From positions 123,339 through 187,338 of the forward strand of contig NZ_BBDN01000003.1 of the NCBI RefSeq assembly GCF_001316265.1: DNA of 64,000 nt, written 5' to 3'. Positions 42,286-53,800 of the stretch are shown in pieces. Within the stretch, counting starts at the first letter, position 1, and each line of letters starts with the position of its first letter. Made by a program: the position numbers and the translations under genes. The notes below the pieces were generated by a model. The model did not search any database, was not told where the DNA came from, and saw only the letters and a list, made by a program, of their open reading frames with translations. This DNA is from Vulcanisaeta sp. JCM 16159 (lineage in GTDB: Archaea; Thermoproteota; Thermoprotei; Thermoproteales; Thermocladiaceae).

Positions 42286-43344
42286 GTGATGTCTATAGTG
42301 AAATTTGAGCCGGAAACCAGGAGGGTTCAATTAACGGGAGGCGCAACCCTAATAGTTTCACTGCCAAAGGAGTGGACTAGGCAGGTGGATCTTAAGCCTG
42401 GCGATGAGGTCCTCGTAATACCGCAGCCAGACCTATCGCTACTTGTTGTGCCCAAGAAGATGGTTAAGGCGCCGCTCCTTGAGTCATCAATAAACGTTAC
42501 CCAGGACCTATCAAACATAGATCACTTGGAGAGAGTATTGCTGGCTCATTACCTATCTGGTTATGATATATTTAGGCTTAATTTTGATGTATCGACGCTG
42601 AACCTTAAGAAACAGGTTAAGGATATTGTTCGGAGAAAGCTGACAGGTGTTGAGATTATCGAGGAGGGCAGAAACACACTTGTTATTCAGAACCTCGTTA
42701 ATGTGCCTGACATAAACATTAGGGACATAATAGTGAAGCTTGGTAAGACCGTCGTTGGTATGATTGATGACTTAAGAACACCGATAGAGAATGGTGATAA
42801 GGCAGTGGCCACCGACATTATCGAGAGGGATAACGAGGTTGATAAGTTCTACTGGCTCCTAAATAGGCAGTTGAAGAGGGTCCTCGTCAGTAAGCATGCC
42901 CTAAGCCTATCTGGCATTCAGGACCCAAGGAGTATTATTGAGTACGCAATAATTAATAAGTCGTTGGAGAGGGCGGCCGACCATGCAGTTAAGATAGCCC
43001 GAGAGATCGTGAACCTTAGTGATAAGTACATATTGATAATGCCGCAGGAGCTTAGACAGAAGTTCAGTGAATTGCTTAGTAAGGATTCCGTGATAATGAA
43101 TAATGTTGGTAAGGCAATGACGGAGAAGGTGGACATGAGGGAAATTAATTACATAATTGATACTGTTAAGTATGAGATACGGTCAGCGGTGGACTCGCTC
43201 GACTCGTCACTATTGAATTACAACCTAACCACTCAAGCGGCGGCATCCGCTAGACTAATACTGGATAGTATCTATAGAATCGCTGAGTATGCATCAGATG
43301 TTGGCGAAGCATTACTTAACCTTGCAATTGAGCAGTTTGGTTGA
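42286..43344 (+). CDS. PhoU-domain regulator with an N-terminal AbrB/SpoVT-type swapped-hairpin domain (archaeal phosphate-uptake-regulator-like)
   Basis: N-terminus TGGATLIVSLPKEWTRQVDLKPGDEV (AbrB-like), then two PhoU-like helical repeats including DNEVDKFYWLLNRQL. Confidence 0.55.
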   Translation: MMSIVKFEPETRRVQLTGGATLIVSLPKEWTRQVDLKPGDEVLVIPQPDLSLLVVPKKMVKAPLLESSINVTQDLSNIDHLERVLLAHYLSGYDIFRLNFDVSTLNLKKQVKDIVRRKLTGVEIIEEGRNTLVIQNLVNVPDINIRDIIVKLGKTVVGMIDDLRTPIENGDKAVATDIIERDNEVDKFYWLLNRQLKRVLVSKHALSLSGIQDPRSIIEYAIINKSLERAADHAVKIAREIVNLSDKYILIMPQELRQKFSELLSKDSVIMNNVGKAMTEKVDMREINYIIDTVKYEIRSAVDSLDSSLLNYNLTTQAAASARLILDSIYRIAEYASDVGEALLNLAIEQFG

Positions 43345-43398
43345 TTCGACCAAATTTGCTAAAAACTAAATTTTTCAAAAACCATTGTTACTATATCC

Positions 43399-43961
43399 TC
43401 AAAAAAAGTAATGAGTTGCCTTAAATATTATTAATTTAAAGCCGCAACTTCCCAAATAACCAATTAAATCTTCCCAGTTAGATAATGATGATTGAGTTAG
43501 GATAACCATGCGAACTCTGCCCTGGCACACCAACTGTATTAATGACCTGGTTACCTCATTACCATGAGGTCCACCGAAAATCCTCCAATCCTCACTCCAA
43601 TTACCTGGCAGGTAAGGCGGATTACTAATTACTATGTCAATACGGAATCCAGCCTTAATCGTGTCCAGGAGGTTCGCAGTTATGACATCAGCATATTGAT
43701 AGAGGTCATTATCAATTAGGTTTATCCTGGTATTCATTGATGCGTTGTAATCAATATCAACAGCTAAAACCCACGTAATACCCTCTTTATTTATTACCTC
43801 CTCCAGCGCCGCCAGTGTTAGTATACCTGTTCCGGAACCCGCATCGATTATACGTAAATATCCGTGATTAGCGTAATTATTTAAAACCCAGCGAAGTAAC
43901 TCAACAGTTTGCCAAGTATCCTCAGCGGGGGATATACATCGCCTAACACTCTGATTTTCAT
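43399..43961 (-). CDS. HemK/Mtq2-family N5-glutamine (release factor) methyltransferase; single-base frame break in a C5/G5 run at about 43927-43931
   Basis: MKIRVLGDVYPP|AEDTWQTVELL (Mtq2 VYEPAEDS-type N-terminus), IIDAGSGTGIL (motif I), VISNPPYLP (NPPY). The ORF track shows only the C-terminal 112 aa. Confidence 0.7.
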
Positions 43962-43974
43962 ATTACCTAGCTAC

Positions 43975-44478
43975 CTAAAATAATACTATATATATTAATA
44001 CGGAAGGTATTAGCAGAAATAGCGTTCCAAAGAGTAATGAGTACTCCATGGGCTTTCCTGAACTCATTGAGAGTACCGTGGAAAGTATTACCAAGCTAAT
44101 AAGCGGTAAAAATGCCTTAAGCAAGGCGTCGATTATTGAGAGTGGGTAGGGTGGTAACCACGGCGTTATCAACGCCATTATCGTTGGGTATAACGATATC
44201 GGTATAAGGGATGTTAAGATACCGCTCAACAACTTAAGGTCAATAATCTCGCTGCTGAGTAGGTACCTATAAATAAATAATGCGATGCCGAGATAGGCAA
44301 GTACTGATATTATCGTTACGCCTACTGGCATGGAATTCATACCTTCCGCAAAAATCAAGAGTAGTAATTCGTAATTCTGTATGAAAGCCGTGACTAGACC
44401 AAGGACTATTATCACCATTGAATAAATAAGTAATGCGTTTGGCCCAAGCCTATACATATTTATTATTAATGGTCTCAT
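43975..44478 (-). CDS. Hypothetical polytopic membrane protein
   Basis: 167-aa hydrophobic ORF. Confidence 0.4.
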   Translation of the reverse strand: MRPLIINMYRLGPNALLIYSMVIIVLGLVTAFIQNYELLLLIFAEGMNSMPVGVTIISVLAYLGIALFIYRYLLSSEIIDLKLLSGILTSLIPISLYPTIMALITPWLPPYPLSIIDALLKAFLPLISLVILSTVLSMSSGKPMEYSLLFGTLFLLIPSVLIYIVLF

Positions 44479-44533
44479 CAGTAATATATCAGTTAGTTCA
44501 TCGGTTTTTATACTCGGTTTCTCAGTACCCTGG

Positions 44534-44791
44534 TCAAGGCTTATTATCCCATCGATTTTTTTCTATAAGCATCCTACCTTTACTCGTTATCTTCACATAC
44601 GGTCCATCCCTGATAATTAAGCCATTAGCTCTTAGTATCTCAACGTCGTAGTAAATAGATGATTGGGGGGCATTCAATTCTCTCCTCAAGTCCGATATCC
44701 TCATGGTTCCCCGATTAAGTAATAATCTCAATATCTGCAGTCTCCTTGGCTTCAATACGATATTACTTACATCATCAACGTCCCTACTCAT
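44534..44791 (-). CDS. Winged-helix (ArsR/MarR-like) transcriptional regulator
   Basis: RLQILRLLLNRGTMRISDLRRELNAPQSSIYYDVEILRANGLI has an HTH pattern. Confidence 0.5.
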   Translation of the reverse strand: MSRDVDDVSNIVLKPRRLQILRLLLNRGTMRISDLRRELNAPQSSIYYDVEILRANGLIIRDGPYVKITSKGRMLIEKNRWDNKP

Positions 44792-44844
44792 TACAGCAAT
44801 ACCTATAGAGTAAGTATAAAAGAGTTCTTTCTTGGGAGTATTCT

Positions 44845-45749
44845 GTGGTTAGTTTTGATGATTTGAAGGTTTCACTGAGTACGTATATAACAAGGAATAA
44901 GCGGGTTACTTACCAGGACCTGCTGAAGTGGTCATCAAGTAATAAGGTAGGTAATGCACTACTGTACCTAATAATTAGAGAGTTAATTCATGAAAAGAGG
45001 TTTAAGGTTTCCGGGGAGTACGTAATTGGAACCATAAGAATTGGTAATAACGACATTAAACTATCAATACCAATGTACATAGAGGTACCTGGGGAAGTCA
45101 CTAAGCAATCAATACCTACAAGGCGTCAGGCTAAGCAAAGACGCACTAGGAGCTCAAGCATTTTGGAGGTGTTTAGTGAAGATAAAAGGCCGGAGGAAAA
45201 GCGAACCACGGTAGAGATTAATGAGAATGTAGTAAGGGAGGTAAGGACAGAGACTTCTAAGGAGGTTAAGCACGAAGATGCGCAGCAAAAGGCTGAGCCT
45301 AAGGTTGAGGAGCGCAAAGAGGAGGTGCGGAGTATTAATGAGGCGAGAGAGCCGAGAGGGAGAATAAGGAAACAGCCGGCTCTATTAATATTGAGGGGAC
45401 AGGCACTCCAACGGACTATTCGACAGTGCCCATGGAGGACTTCATGGTAATGCTTAGGAGAGTCATTGAGGAGGAATTACCACAGAACAGGGAGGAGGGT
45501 TATAAGGTTGCCATGGCAATGCTCAGTTACCTGCAGAGGTATTGGAGTGTTGGTGAATTGAGGCTTAAGTTCGATATTGCCAAGCAACTTGGCAGCACCG
45601 GTGAGAATATCATGAGGATTGAGGATGGGGTCTTAAGGGCTCTCAGGAGGTTGGGTATTGTGGAGGTTGTGGAACCTGGCGTTGTTAATAGGGTTAAGGA
45701 ATTACCCAAGGAATTCGTTAAGGTTAGGCTTGACTCACTATTCACTTAG
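44845..45749 (+). CDS. Hypothetical Lys/Glu-rich protein, two overlapping ORFs (probable frame break near 45430)
   Basis: ORFs 44845-45450 and 45426-45749 overlap. The central region is highly charged. Confidence 0.35.
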
Positions 45750-46099
45750 TTACGCGGCCACCTGCTTGAGTCTCTCGGGAGTCGTGTATACCTCGGTCCT
45801 GTGCCCCTTTGATACAAGCACGAGTACGCCCTTACTGGCAAGAGCCTTAGTACTTGGTATGCAACACTTATTTTTGTGTTAAACCTAGTGGCTACTAGGT
45901 ACGGTGTCGCATACTCCCACTTGACTACCTCCTTCTCAACATCGCTAAGGAGCTTTTGATCAATGAGTGATGCTTTAGCTGTTGGCCTCTCCTCAGTAGC
46001 TGCCTTCTTACCCCTCGCAGCTGGTTTGGCGGGGGCTTGCTGTTGCTTTTCCTGCTTCTTTGCTAATTGCGAGAGTGTTGGTTTCTTCTTTCCACCCAT
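45750..46099 (-). CDS. rps25e: 30S ribosomal protein S25e; single-base frame break at about 45836
   Basis: MGGKKKPTLSQLAKKQEKQQ... Lys-rich N-terminus and VVKWEYATPYLVATRFNTKISVAYQVLRLL. Inserting one G (tggc|aag) restores the C-terminus ASKGVLVLVSKGHRTEVYTTPERLKQVAA. Confidence 0.6.
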
Positions 46100-46224
46100 A
46101 CAGGTCAGTAACCCTACCGCACCTCCCTTTATAAACTATTCTTTTCCTCCGCACGGGAGTTAAGTATTATGCCTATGATTGTGTCGGAAAGGTTTTTTTA
46201 AGTGCTTTTTTTAAATCATGAATA

Positions 46225-46802
46225 ATGCCAAATCCCACTTATCGTATTGAGAATATTGTCGCCACGGTAAACCTCGGCATTGATTTAGACCTGGACAAAC
46301 TCGCGGAGAGACTCCCAGCGGCTGAGTATAACCCTGAGCAATTCCCTGGTTTGATCCTAAGGTTGCAAAGGCCGAAGATATCAGCATTGATATTTAGGAC
46401 AGGTAAGATGGTGTGTACAGGGGCTAAGAGTGAGAATGAGCTTAAGAGGGCCGTCAAGGAATTGGTAAGGCTGCTTAATGAGCATGGGGCTGACGTACCG
46501 CTCACACCGGAGATACAGGTACAGAACATAGTGCCTCCGGCAACCTGCATGCTGAAGTTGATATTGAGAAGTCGGCGTTAATGCTTGAGAATTCGATGTA
46601 CGAACCCGAGCAATTCCCCGGCCTGATCTATAGGATGGATGACCCGAAGGTCGTCCTACTAATATTTAGTTCAGGCAAGATAGTGTGCACTGGCGCTAAG
46701 AGAGAGCAGCAGGTCAAGGATGCAGTCTTTAAGATACACGATGTGCTTAAAGACATTGGTGCTTTATACGAGGAGGAGGGTAAGGAGGAAGAGGAGTTTT
46801 GA
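46225..46802 (+). CDS. tbp: TATA-box-binding protein TBP; single-base frame break at about 46532
   Basis: Repeat 1 [20 protein letters not shown]...[10 protein letters not shown]...[10 protein letters not shown]. Repeat 2 is restored by inserting G (gtg|cctcc): [42 protein letters not shown]...[10 protein letters not shown]. Acidic tail. Confidence 0.85.
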
Positions 46803-47071
46803 TGTCCATGTTCCCAGAGGCAGTACCCATAATAGGCCAGGAAGTTAGTCGAGTACCTAATTTAGTATTTACGAATAAGTTAGCAATGGAATTAAGAGGT
46901 GAGGTTGGTCCTGCTATTATAAAGAGACTAAGAATGCTGAGTAAGGAGGCCATTGGTATTGTTAGGATCAATGGAAGGATCCACGCCAGACTCCCAAATT
47001 CATTAAGCAAGTTTGATAAGGCAATCGTAATACTAGGGCCTGGGTTGGTGAGTCGTGGCTCAGGTACATAA
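46799..47071 (+). CDS. Small hypothetical protein (90 aa), translationally coupled to tbp
   Basis: Start overlaps the tbp stop (TGATG) and its stop overlaps the next start (TAATG). No family assignment reached. Confidence 0.4.
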   Translation: MMSMFPEAVPIIGQEVSRVPNLVFTNKLAMELRGEVGPAIIKRLRMLSKEAIGIVRINGRIHARLPNSLSKFDKAIVILGPGLVSRGSGT

Positions 47072-47511
47072 TGAGTCTCTCAAATACTGTAATTGGCTTC
47101 ACGTTCGACTCACTAATGAGGATTATGAATGCAAGACCGCACTTACTTAATATACCTAATGAGTTGTTCATAGACCCAGTAATCAATGGTGAAACACCGG
47201 TACTGCCTAGGGCAATACCGAAGGTTGCCATTGATTGGTTAATGGATTATGTAGACTCGGGGGGTGACCTCTACGTGCTGGTACGTGGTGACTCCATAAA
47301 TAATATCGACTTAATAATGCACTCGCGGTTGCTTTTCACTTATGATATTAAATTGGCCGAGCTATATAACGGCATTATTAAGGGTAACCTTGCTGGTAAT
47401 TCAAAGGTGATTGTAAATGCTAGGTGTGATTTTTGTGGTGGTTCACCAACTCCAATCTGCGCATTAATTTGTTCCGACGTAGACTTAATTAGGGAGGTTA
47501 GGGTTGAGTAA
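47071..47511 (+). CDS. Hypothetical protein (146 aa) with a C-terminal Cys cluster
   Basis: RCDFCGGSPTPICALICS near the C-terminus. Overlaps both neighbours. Confidence 0.4.
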   Translation: MSLSNTVIGFTFDSLMRIMNARPHLLNIPNELFIDPVINGETPVLPRAIPKVAIDWLMDYVDSGGDLYVLVRGDSINNIDLIMHSRLLFTYDIKLAELYNGIIKGNLAGNSKVIVNARCDFCGGSPTPICALICSDVDLIREVRVE

Positions 47512-47860
47512 CATGAGTTCACCGAAGAGAAAGGGTTCTGCGCATGAGAGGGCCTTGGCCAATAAGTTATGGGATATGGGGCTTGCGGTACTTAGGGGTT
47601 GCTCATCGGGCGGCGGTGTTAAAAAGAGGTTTGTGCCTGACATTGTAGCTATAGGTCCCGGCTTCGTACTGGTAATCGAAGCTAAGTATAGGTCCGAGAG
47701 GGGTTCCATAAGGATTGAGGGTGAGAAGGTGGAGAAGCTACTGGAGTTTGCGCGTAGGGCGAGGGGTGATGCGTATATTGCCGTGAAGTTTAAGGGCGAT
47801 GACTGGCGTTTTCTACCGATCACGGACAAGGGGGTTATCGTTGTGAGACTGATGACTTAG
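47504..47860 (+). CDS. hjc: Holliday junction resolvase Hjc (archaeal PD-(D/E)xK resolvase)
   Basis: KRKGSAHERALANKLWDMGLAVLRGCSSGGG...PDIVAIGPGFVLVIEAKYR matches the Hjc motifs (KRKGS.ER, PDI.A, E.K). Confidence 0.75.
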   Translation: MSNMSSPKRKGSAHERALANKLWDMGLAVLRGCSSGGGVKKRFVPDIVAIGPGFVLVIEAKYRSERGSIRIEGEKVEKLLEFARRARGDAYIAVKFKGDDWRFLPITDKGVIVVRLMT

Positions 47861-47976
47861 GCAGTGCATATACACTTGAGCAATTGATTAATAAATACGT
47901 GAGTAGATCATTAACCGAATACTTAAGGTAATGTTGATGATTAATCTTTAATATTTTCTAAATCCATGAGTACTTA

Positions 47977-48258
47977 ATGTCGTCAACTATACAGCGGGAG
48001 ATAAAGGCACTTGTTGACCAGTTACTTAAGACCTCGGAAACTAAATCACTGAGATTTACGCGGGTTAGTATTAAGGCTTCTGACAATGGCTTTGAGGTGA
48101 ATATAAAGATATACCTTGAGCATCCGATACGTCTCAGTAGTGTTTATGAATTGGCAAGGTCAATGGTTAGTAAGTATGGTATTACAATGGACGATATAAT
48201 GATATACTCACCTCACTCAAGGGCCATTAAGCTCATCTTCACCATTAAGAGGAGGTAA
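47977..48258 (+). CDS. Hypothetical protein (93 aa)
   Basis: ORF only. Confidence 0.3.
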   Translation: MSSTIQREIKALVDQLLKTSETKSLRFTRVSIKASDNGFEVNIKIYLEHPIRLSSVYELARSMVSKYGITMDDIMIYSPHSRAIKLIFTIKRR

Positions 48259-48301
48259 TTTGCGGTAAAGCTTATTTATTGCGGAGATTACTCACATATT
48301 A

Positions 48302-48992
48302 ATGAGTGCGCAATCGTATATTAAATGGCTTGGCCATGCGGCCTTCGAAATAATGCTAAGCGGTAAGAAAATCCTAATCGACCCATGGATCTCCAATCCA
48401 CTCTCTCCCGTGACTCTTAACGAAATATCCAATGTCGACTTCATACTCATAACGCATGACCACTTCGATCACTTAGGCGAGACTATAGATATCGCTAAAA
48501 AAGACGAACGCCACCGTTGTCGGAGTCTTCGAACTCGTTAATTACCTCGGTGAGCAGGGTGTTAAGAATACCATAGGCATGAACGTCGGTGGTTCCGTAA
48601 AGTTAACCAGTGAGATCGAGGTTTACGTAACCCCGGCTCTTCATAGTTCGAGTAGGGGCGTACCCGTGGGCTACATAATAAGGGCTCCTGAGGCAACGAT
48701 ATACCACGCTGGAGACACTGGGTTATTTAGTGAGATGGATTTGCTGGGTAGGTTATTTAAGATCGATGTGGCTATGTTACCTATAGGTAGTTTATTCACC
48801 ATGGACCCCAGACAAGCCGCCTACGCATTAACAATGCTGAGGCCTAGGGCAGTGGTACCCATGCACTACAACACATTCCCAGACATTAAGCAGGACCCGC
48901 AGCAGTTCAAGGAGCTTGCGGAGTCCATGCTCCCGGACATTAGGGTATTTATATTGAAGCCTGGTGAGATTTTACAATTGCCAATCAAATAA
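48302..48992 (+). CDS. MBL-fold metal-dependent hydrolase (UPF0173-like); frame break in an A6 run at 48497-48502
   Basis: ILITHDHFDHLG (HxHxDH). Removing one A restores ...IAKKTNATVVGVFELVNYLGEQGVKNTIGMNVGG, contiguous with ORF 48579-48992. Confidence 0.7.
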
Positions 48993-49047
48993 CCAATTGG
49001 TGCCAAGCCCTTAATATTTAAAATCTCTCAAATGCTTCGTTGCTGGT

Positions 49048-50423
49048 ATGGGTAATTTCGATGTTATTGTTGTTGGCGCGGGTACTGCCGGTTCCTATGC
49101 GTCATACTTACTTGCCAAGGCGGGGCTTAACGTCGCCTTAATAGAGATGAAGGGTAAAGATAGGGTTTTTAAGACGACGGGTGACGCAATCGGCATTCAC
49201 CATATCGAGCGAATGACCATTAAGCCGCCGAGTGACGTATTCATGATTAAGTATGAAGGTGCCGAATTATTCAGCCCCGACCTATCAATTAAGTATGTAG
49301 TGCTTGGTAAGGGTTTTGGGCTTGATATGGCTAAGTGGGCTCGGTGGTTAATTGGTGAAGCAGAGAGGGCCGGCGCACACATCTTTGATAACCACAAGGT
49401 TCAGGGACCAATAATTGAGAGTGGCATGGTTTCAGGGGTTAGGGTGCTAAAGCCTGACGGTTCTACGGAAGAGTTTAGAGCCAAGGTGGTTATTGATGCC
49501 AGTGGTGTCGGCGCTGTCGTTAGGAGTAGGTTACCGCGTGAGTGGTGGGTCTCTGAGCATTATTGCCTGAGGACGTCTCGAATGCCTATAGGGAGATTAT
49601 CCAGGTTGATTATGATATTGAGAAGCCCGAATTCATAAAGATATACCTAGACGCTAACATAGCGCCGGGTGGTTACTGGTGGCTATTCCCGAAAAGCCGA
49701 AATATAATGAATATAGGGCTTGGCCTATGGGGTAAGCTGAGTGAGGAGCAGGGATTGAACCCTAGGCATAATTATGATAAGTACCTCGCCAATAGCCAGT
49801 ACACTAGGGGCAGGAAGATAATACATGTGGGTGGAGGTATAGTGCCAACGCGCAGGCCATTACCGTCACTAGTGGCCAATGGCTTCCTAGCTGCTGGCGA
49901 TGCGGCGGTCACGGTCAATCCAGTACATGGTGGTGGTATAGGCCCTGCCTTGCTCTCGGCCGAGTTGGCTTCTAAGACGGTGCTGGAGGCCTTTGAAAAG
50001 GGTGACTTCACCGAGAGGGGGTTATGGAGGTATAATATTGAGTATCTAAGGGCTTATGGGATAAAGCAGGCAATGCTTGATGTGTTTAGGCTCATGCTTC
50101 AAACACTCACTAATGATCAATTGAATAGAGGGTTAAAGGCTAGGCTGCTCACTGAGGATGAGGTGCTTGAGATCTCCGAGAAGGGCTCGCTGGAGTTATC
50201 GCTCATTGATAAGTTAAAGATTGGCCTACGACTAATGAAGGTGCCTGACGTGGCGTCTAAGCTAAGGCTTGCGCTGAGGTATATGGGCGAGGTCAAGAAT
50301 TTATACGAGACCTATCCAGAGAGTCCCAGTGGTTTATCGAGTTGGTATGGTAAATTAACAAGTGTTTATCATGATTACGCGGGTAAGCTTGGCATAACTT
50401 TGAAATGGTTAAGTAATACCTAA
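49048..50423 (+). CDS. Geranylgeranyl reductase-family FAD-dependent oxidoreductase; frame break near 49560
   Basis: [39 protein letters not shown] in the second ORF is the conserved GGR C-terminal motif. Confidence 0.7.
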
Positions 50424-51508
50424 TACCTTAGGTATGTTCTTTTCGAAGGGTGGGTAGATAATACCCTTCTCGGTTATTAGTGCAGTCACGTACTTGGGAG
50501 GTGTAACATCAAATACTGGATTAAACACAGGAACGCCCTCAGGGGCTATTGGCACACCCCTAATCTTCCTAACCTCGTCAGGATCCCTCTCCTCAATCTT
50601 CACATCCTCAACCCTACTCTTCATGTCGAAGGTGGATGATGGCGCTATTGCGTAAAACGGTATACCAAGCTCATGAGCAATCACGGCCTCCTTAAACGTC
50701 CCAATCTTATTATACACATGGCCATCCCTGAGTATCCTATCCGCACCAACCATCACGCTACTGACCATGCCCCTGTACATTACGTAACCGACTGCCGTAT
50801 CCGTTATCAACGTGACTGGTATCCCATCAACCATTAACTCATAAGCAGTTAACCTAGCACCCTGGAGCCACGGCCTAGTCTCCGGCGCAATAACCGATAC
50901 CTTAATACCCAATGCGTGGGCGACCCTCACAGGCGCCGTAGCAGTCCCAATGCCAGTACCCGTTGCCAACCCACCGGCATTGCATTGTGTTAATATAGTG
51001 TCTCCATCATTTATCTTCTCAAGCCCATAAATGCCCATCATCAACTCCGCATTAAACTCCTCATCAAAAATAGCCTTAGCCTCCCTCCTCAAGACCTCGA
51101 CTAACTCCTTCACGCTCTTAGCCTCACCATTATTCACGGCATCCCTAGCCTATTGTACATCCTCTCCGTAGCCCAGAAAAGATTATGCGCAGTTGGTCTC
51201 GCGGCATTGAGGATCTCCCTAGCCCTAGCCAACTCCCTTAGGGCTTCATCAAGTGTTGATTCATTGCCGTGGGCTACGGCTAAGACCATCCCGTAAGCTG
51301 CCGTTATGCCTATTGCTGGTGCTCCACGTACAACCATCTGCCTAATGGCATTGGCTGTTGATGCGGGGTCCCTCAGCTCTACGTAAACCTCCTCAAAGGG
51401 CAATTTCCTCTGATCAAGTAGTACCAGCGTATTGTCATAATCGCGCCAAGTTATTGGCCTTAACCTGGGCTTTATTTTGTTTTTCAATTCCTCAATATTG
51501 ATTCTCAT
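50409..51508 (-). CDS. eIF-2B alpha/beta/delta-family protein (methylthioribose-1-phosphate isomerase / ribose-1,5-bisphosphate isomerase-like); frame break at about 51137
   Basis: PTAHNLFWA and GAPAIGI in the N-terminal [14 protein letters not shown] and VGADRI in the C-terminal ORF. All are hallmark motifs of the family. Confidence 0.75.
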
Positions 51509-51554
51509 ACCTTACTGATAATAATCAATGACTTTTAAGTCTTTTTAACAAGCT

Positions 51555-53022
51555 TTAGCCCAGGTATTTCTCACGCAGGTAATTCAGCAGGTACGTTGGA
51601 TTATACGTATCGTTGAAGGACCTTATGAGTAACTCCTTAGGCGGGTATATGGCGCCGTACTTACAAATCCTATCCCTCAGGAACTCTCTAATCTCATTAA
51701 ACCTCTTGCTTGCAACCTTGTTCCTTAGCCCAGGGAGTTTTGCATAGATCATTCCAGCAATGACGTTGCCCAATGTGTAGGTTGGGAAGTAACCGAAGGA
51801 TCCCTGGGACCAATGAATATCCTGGAGAACACCCTCAGCATCATTCCTAGGCCTAACACCCAGGTACTTATCCATGAAGTCGTTCCAAAGTGATGGTAGG
51901 TCAGACACATCAAGCTTACCGGCTATCAACCCCTTCTCTATCTCATAACGAAGGGCTATATGGAAGTTATAAGTTACCTCATCAGCATCAACCCTAATGA
52001 GGCTCGGCCTAACAATGTTAAAGTACTTGTAAATGTCCTCTTCGCCATAGTCCTTAAGGAATGGCAGCCTCTCCTTAAGTAATGGGTATATTAAATGCAC
52101 GAACTCCCTACTCCTACCAACAACATTCTCCCAAAACCTAGACTGGCTCTCGTGAACGCCCATGGAGACTCCACGGCCGACGGGCGTCATTTCCAGGGAT
52201 GTCGATCATTAACTCATACATTGCGTGACCGCTCTCATGAATTACGGAGAACATCGTTGATCTAAAGTCCTTACCTTCATACCTAGTGGTTATTCTGACA
52301 TCGTTTATGGACATACTTGTTGTGAATGGATGCGCGGACACGTCCATGCGGAACCTCGTGCCCACGGGCATATCGAGTATCTTAAGTAACTCCTCATTGA
52401 TGGACTTCATGACATTAACATCGTAAGGCACATCCTCAAGTGGATGCTTACTTGGGTACCTACCCTCACTCAACACCTTCTCAAGTATTGACTTTAGGTT
52501 AGGGAGTAATGTGTTGAATACGTTATCAGCATCGTTAACTGTAAAGCCCTCTTCATACAAATCCAGCAGCGCATTGTATGGGTGTCCCTCATAACCAAGC
52601 TTATCAGCAATAACCCTCTCTAGCTCCACAATCTTTGATAGGTATGGTTTAAACTTCTCAAAGTTCGATTCTCTTCTCGCTTCCCTCCAAACCACGGCAG
52701 CCTTCGTAGTTACCCTATTTAATTCCTCAATAATCTCAGGGGGAATTGACGTGTAGTACTTCAACTCCCTCTTCAAAACCCTAATGACGCCCTTCTCAAT
52801 ATCCGTTAAGTCCTTGGCATCCTCATACTTACTAACCAAATCCCTAAGCCGAAGAAGGTACTCCCTACGTATGAGCGCTAGGTAAGCCAACGCCTCGCCA
52901 CGTGCTGACGCGGCCTCAACGGGCATATTAACCTCGAGGTCCCACCCAAGCAGTGAGTTTGCGTGGTCAATGGCCCACACGAATTTGTATTCCCTGAGTA
53001 GGTTATCAATCTTCATTAACAC
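51555..53022 (-). CDS. Carboxypeptidase Taq-type metallopeptidase (M32 family); frame break at about 52150-52190
   Basis: HESGHAMYE (HExxH) and DIHWS/GYFPTY C-terminal motifs. About 490 aa combined. Confidence 0.8.
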
Positions 53023-53041
53023 GTTAACCGTAACATCCTAA

Positions 53042-53698
53042 TTAAGCATTTCCTCTATTGCATGAGTTAATTAATAGAGAGATAAGGTTGTATAATCGAA
53101 TGGCCGTCTTTAACTTACTCAACGATAAATTGCCAAGTCCCAACTCCCTCCTAACATCGCTTATTAATGAACCACAATTATCCATATTAACCCCCAGTTT
53201 TTCACATACGCAGCTCCAGTCATTGCAAGTCATAATCACGTTCATAACATCCCTAACCTTACCATCACATGACTTCATGGCTAATGTAAATACGGTATTT
53301 ACTAAATCACCAACAGCGTCGTAAATCACGTTCTCAATGACGGTCCTCAATTCATCAATCGTCAGTACGACTGATTCCTCAAGATTTATCACAGAAACTC
53401 CTAACTCATCGGCCAAGGCCTTACTCGAGTCATTACTAAAGCCTCTGGCCACAATTAGGGGCTTCGCGTTTAGTACCTTGGCATTAACGTATGCCTGCCT
53501 AATGGCGCTAACGTCGATCTTGCCTGACTTGACCTCAATGGCGTACTTATTGCCCGAGCCATCCTCAGCCACTATGTCGACCTCGCCAACCTCAACCCCA
53601 TTAACGGTGACCTTAACCCTCCTACCAAGGACCCTAAGCCCAAGCCTACTCAGTAGCTCGGCCACGTAATCCTCAAACCTAACGCCTACATTAGCCAC
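53042..53698 (-). CDS. Mrr-like restriction-endonuclease-fold (PD-(D/E)xK) domain protein with a Cys-rich C-terminal domain
   Basis: FEDYVAELLSRLGLRV...VGEVDIVAEDGSGNKYAIEVKSGK...PLIVARGFSNDSSKALADELGVSVI matches the Mrr_cat (PF04471) core (D...E.K). The C-terminus has CNDWSCVCEKLGVNMDNC. Confidence 0.5.
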   Translation of the reverse strand: MANVGVRFEDYVAELLSRLGLRVLGRRVKVTVNGVEVGEVDIVAEDGSGNKYAIEVKSGKIDVSAIRQAYVNAKVLNAKPLIVARGFSNDSSKALADELGVSVINLEESVVLTIDELRTVIENVIYDAVGDLVNTVFTLAMKSCDGKVRDVMNVIMTCNDWSCVCEKLGVNMDNCGSLISDVRRELGLGNLSLSKLKTAIRLYNLISLLINSCNRGNA

Positions 53699-53800
53699 TA
53701 ACTAATATTGCGCAAACCCTTTAATTAATTTTGATATTTCTTAGTCCAGTGATGATGGTTTGCAGCCCTGAGTAAATGACGAAACCACTGAGCACTGATT

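Noticed and set aside
46799-47511. Merging 46799-47071 and 47071-47511 into one frameshifted gene
   Set aside because: The TAATG junction is a normal stop/start overlap. Without homology bridging the junction I kept them as two translationally coupled genes.
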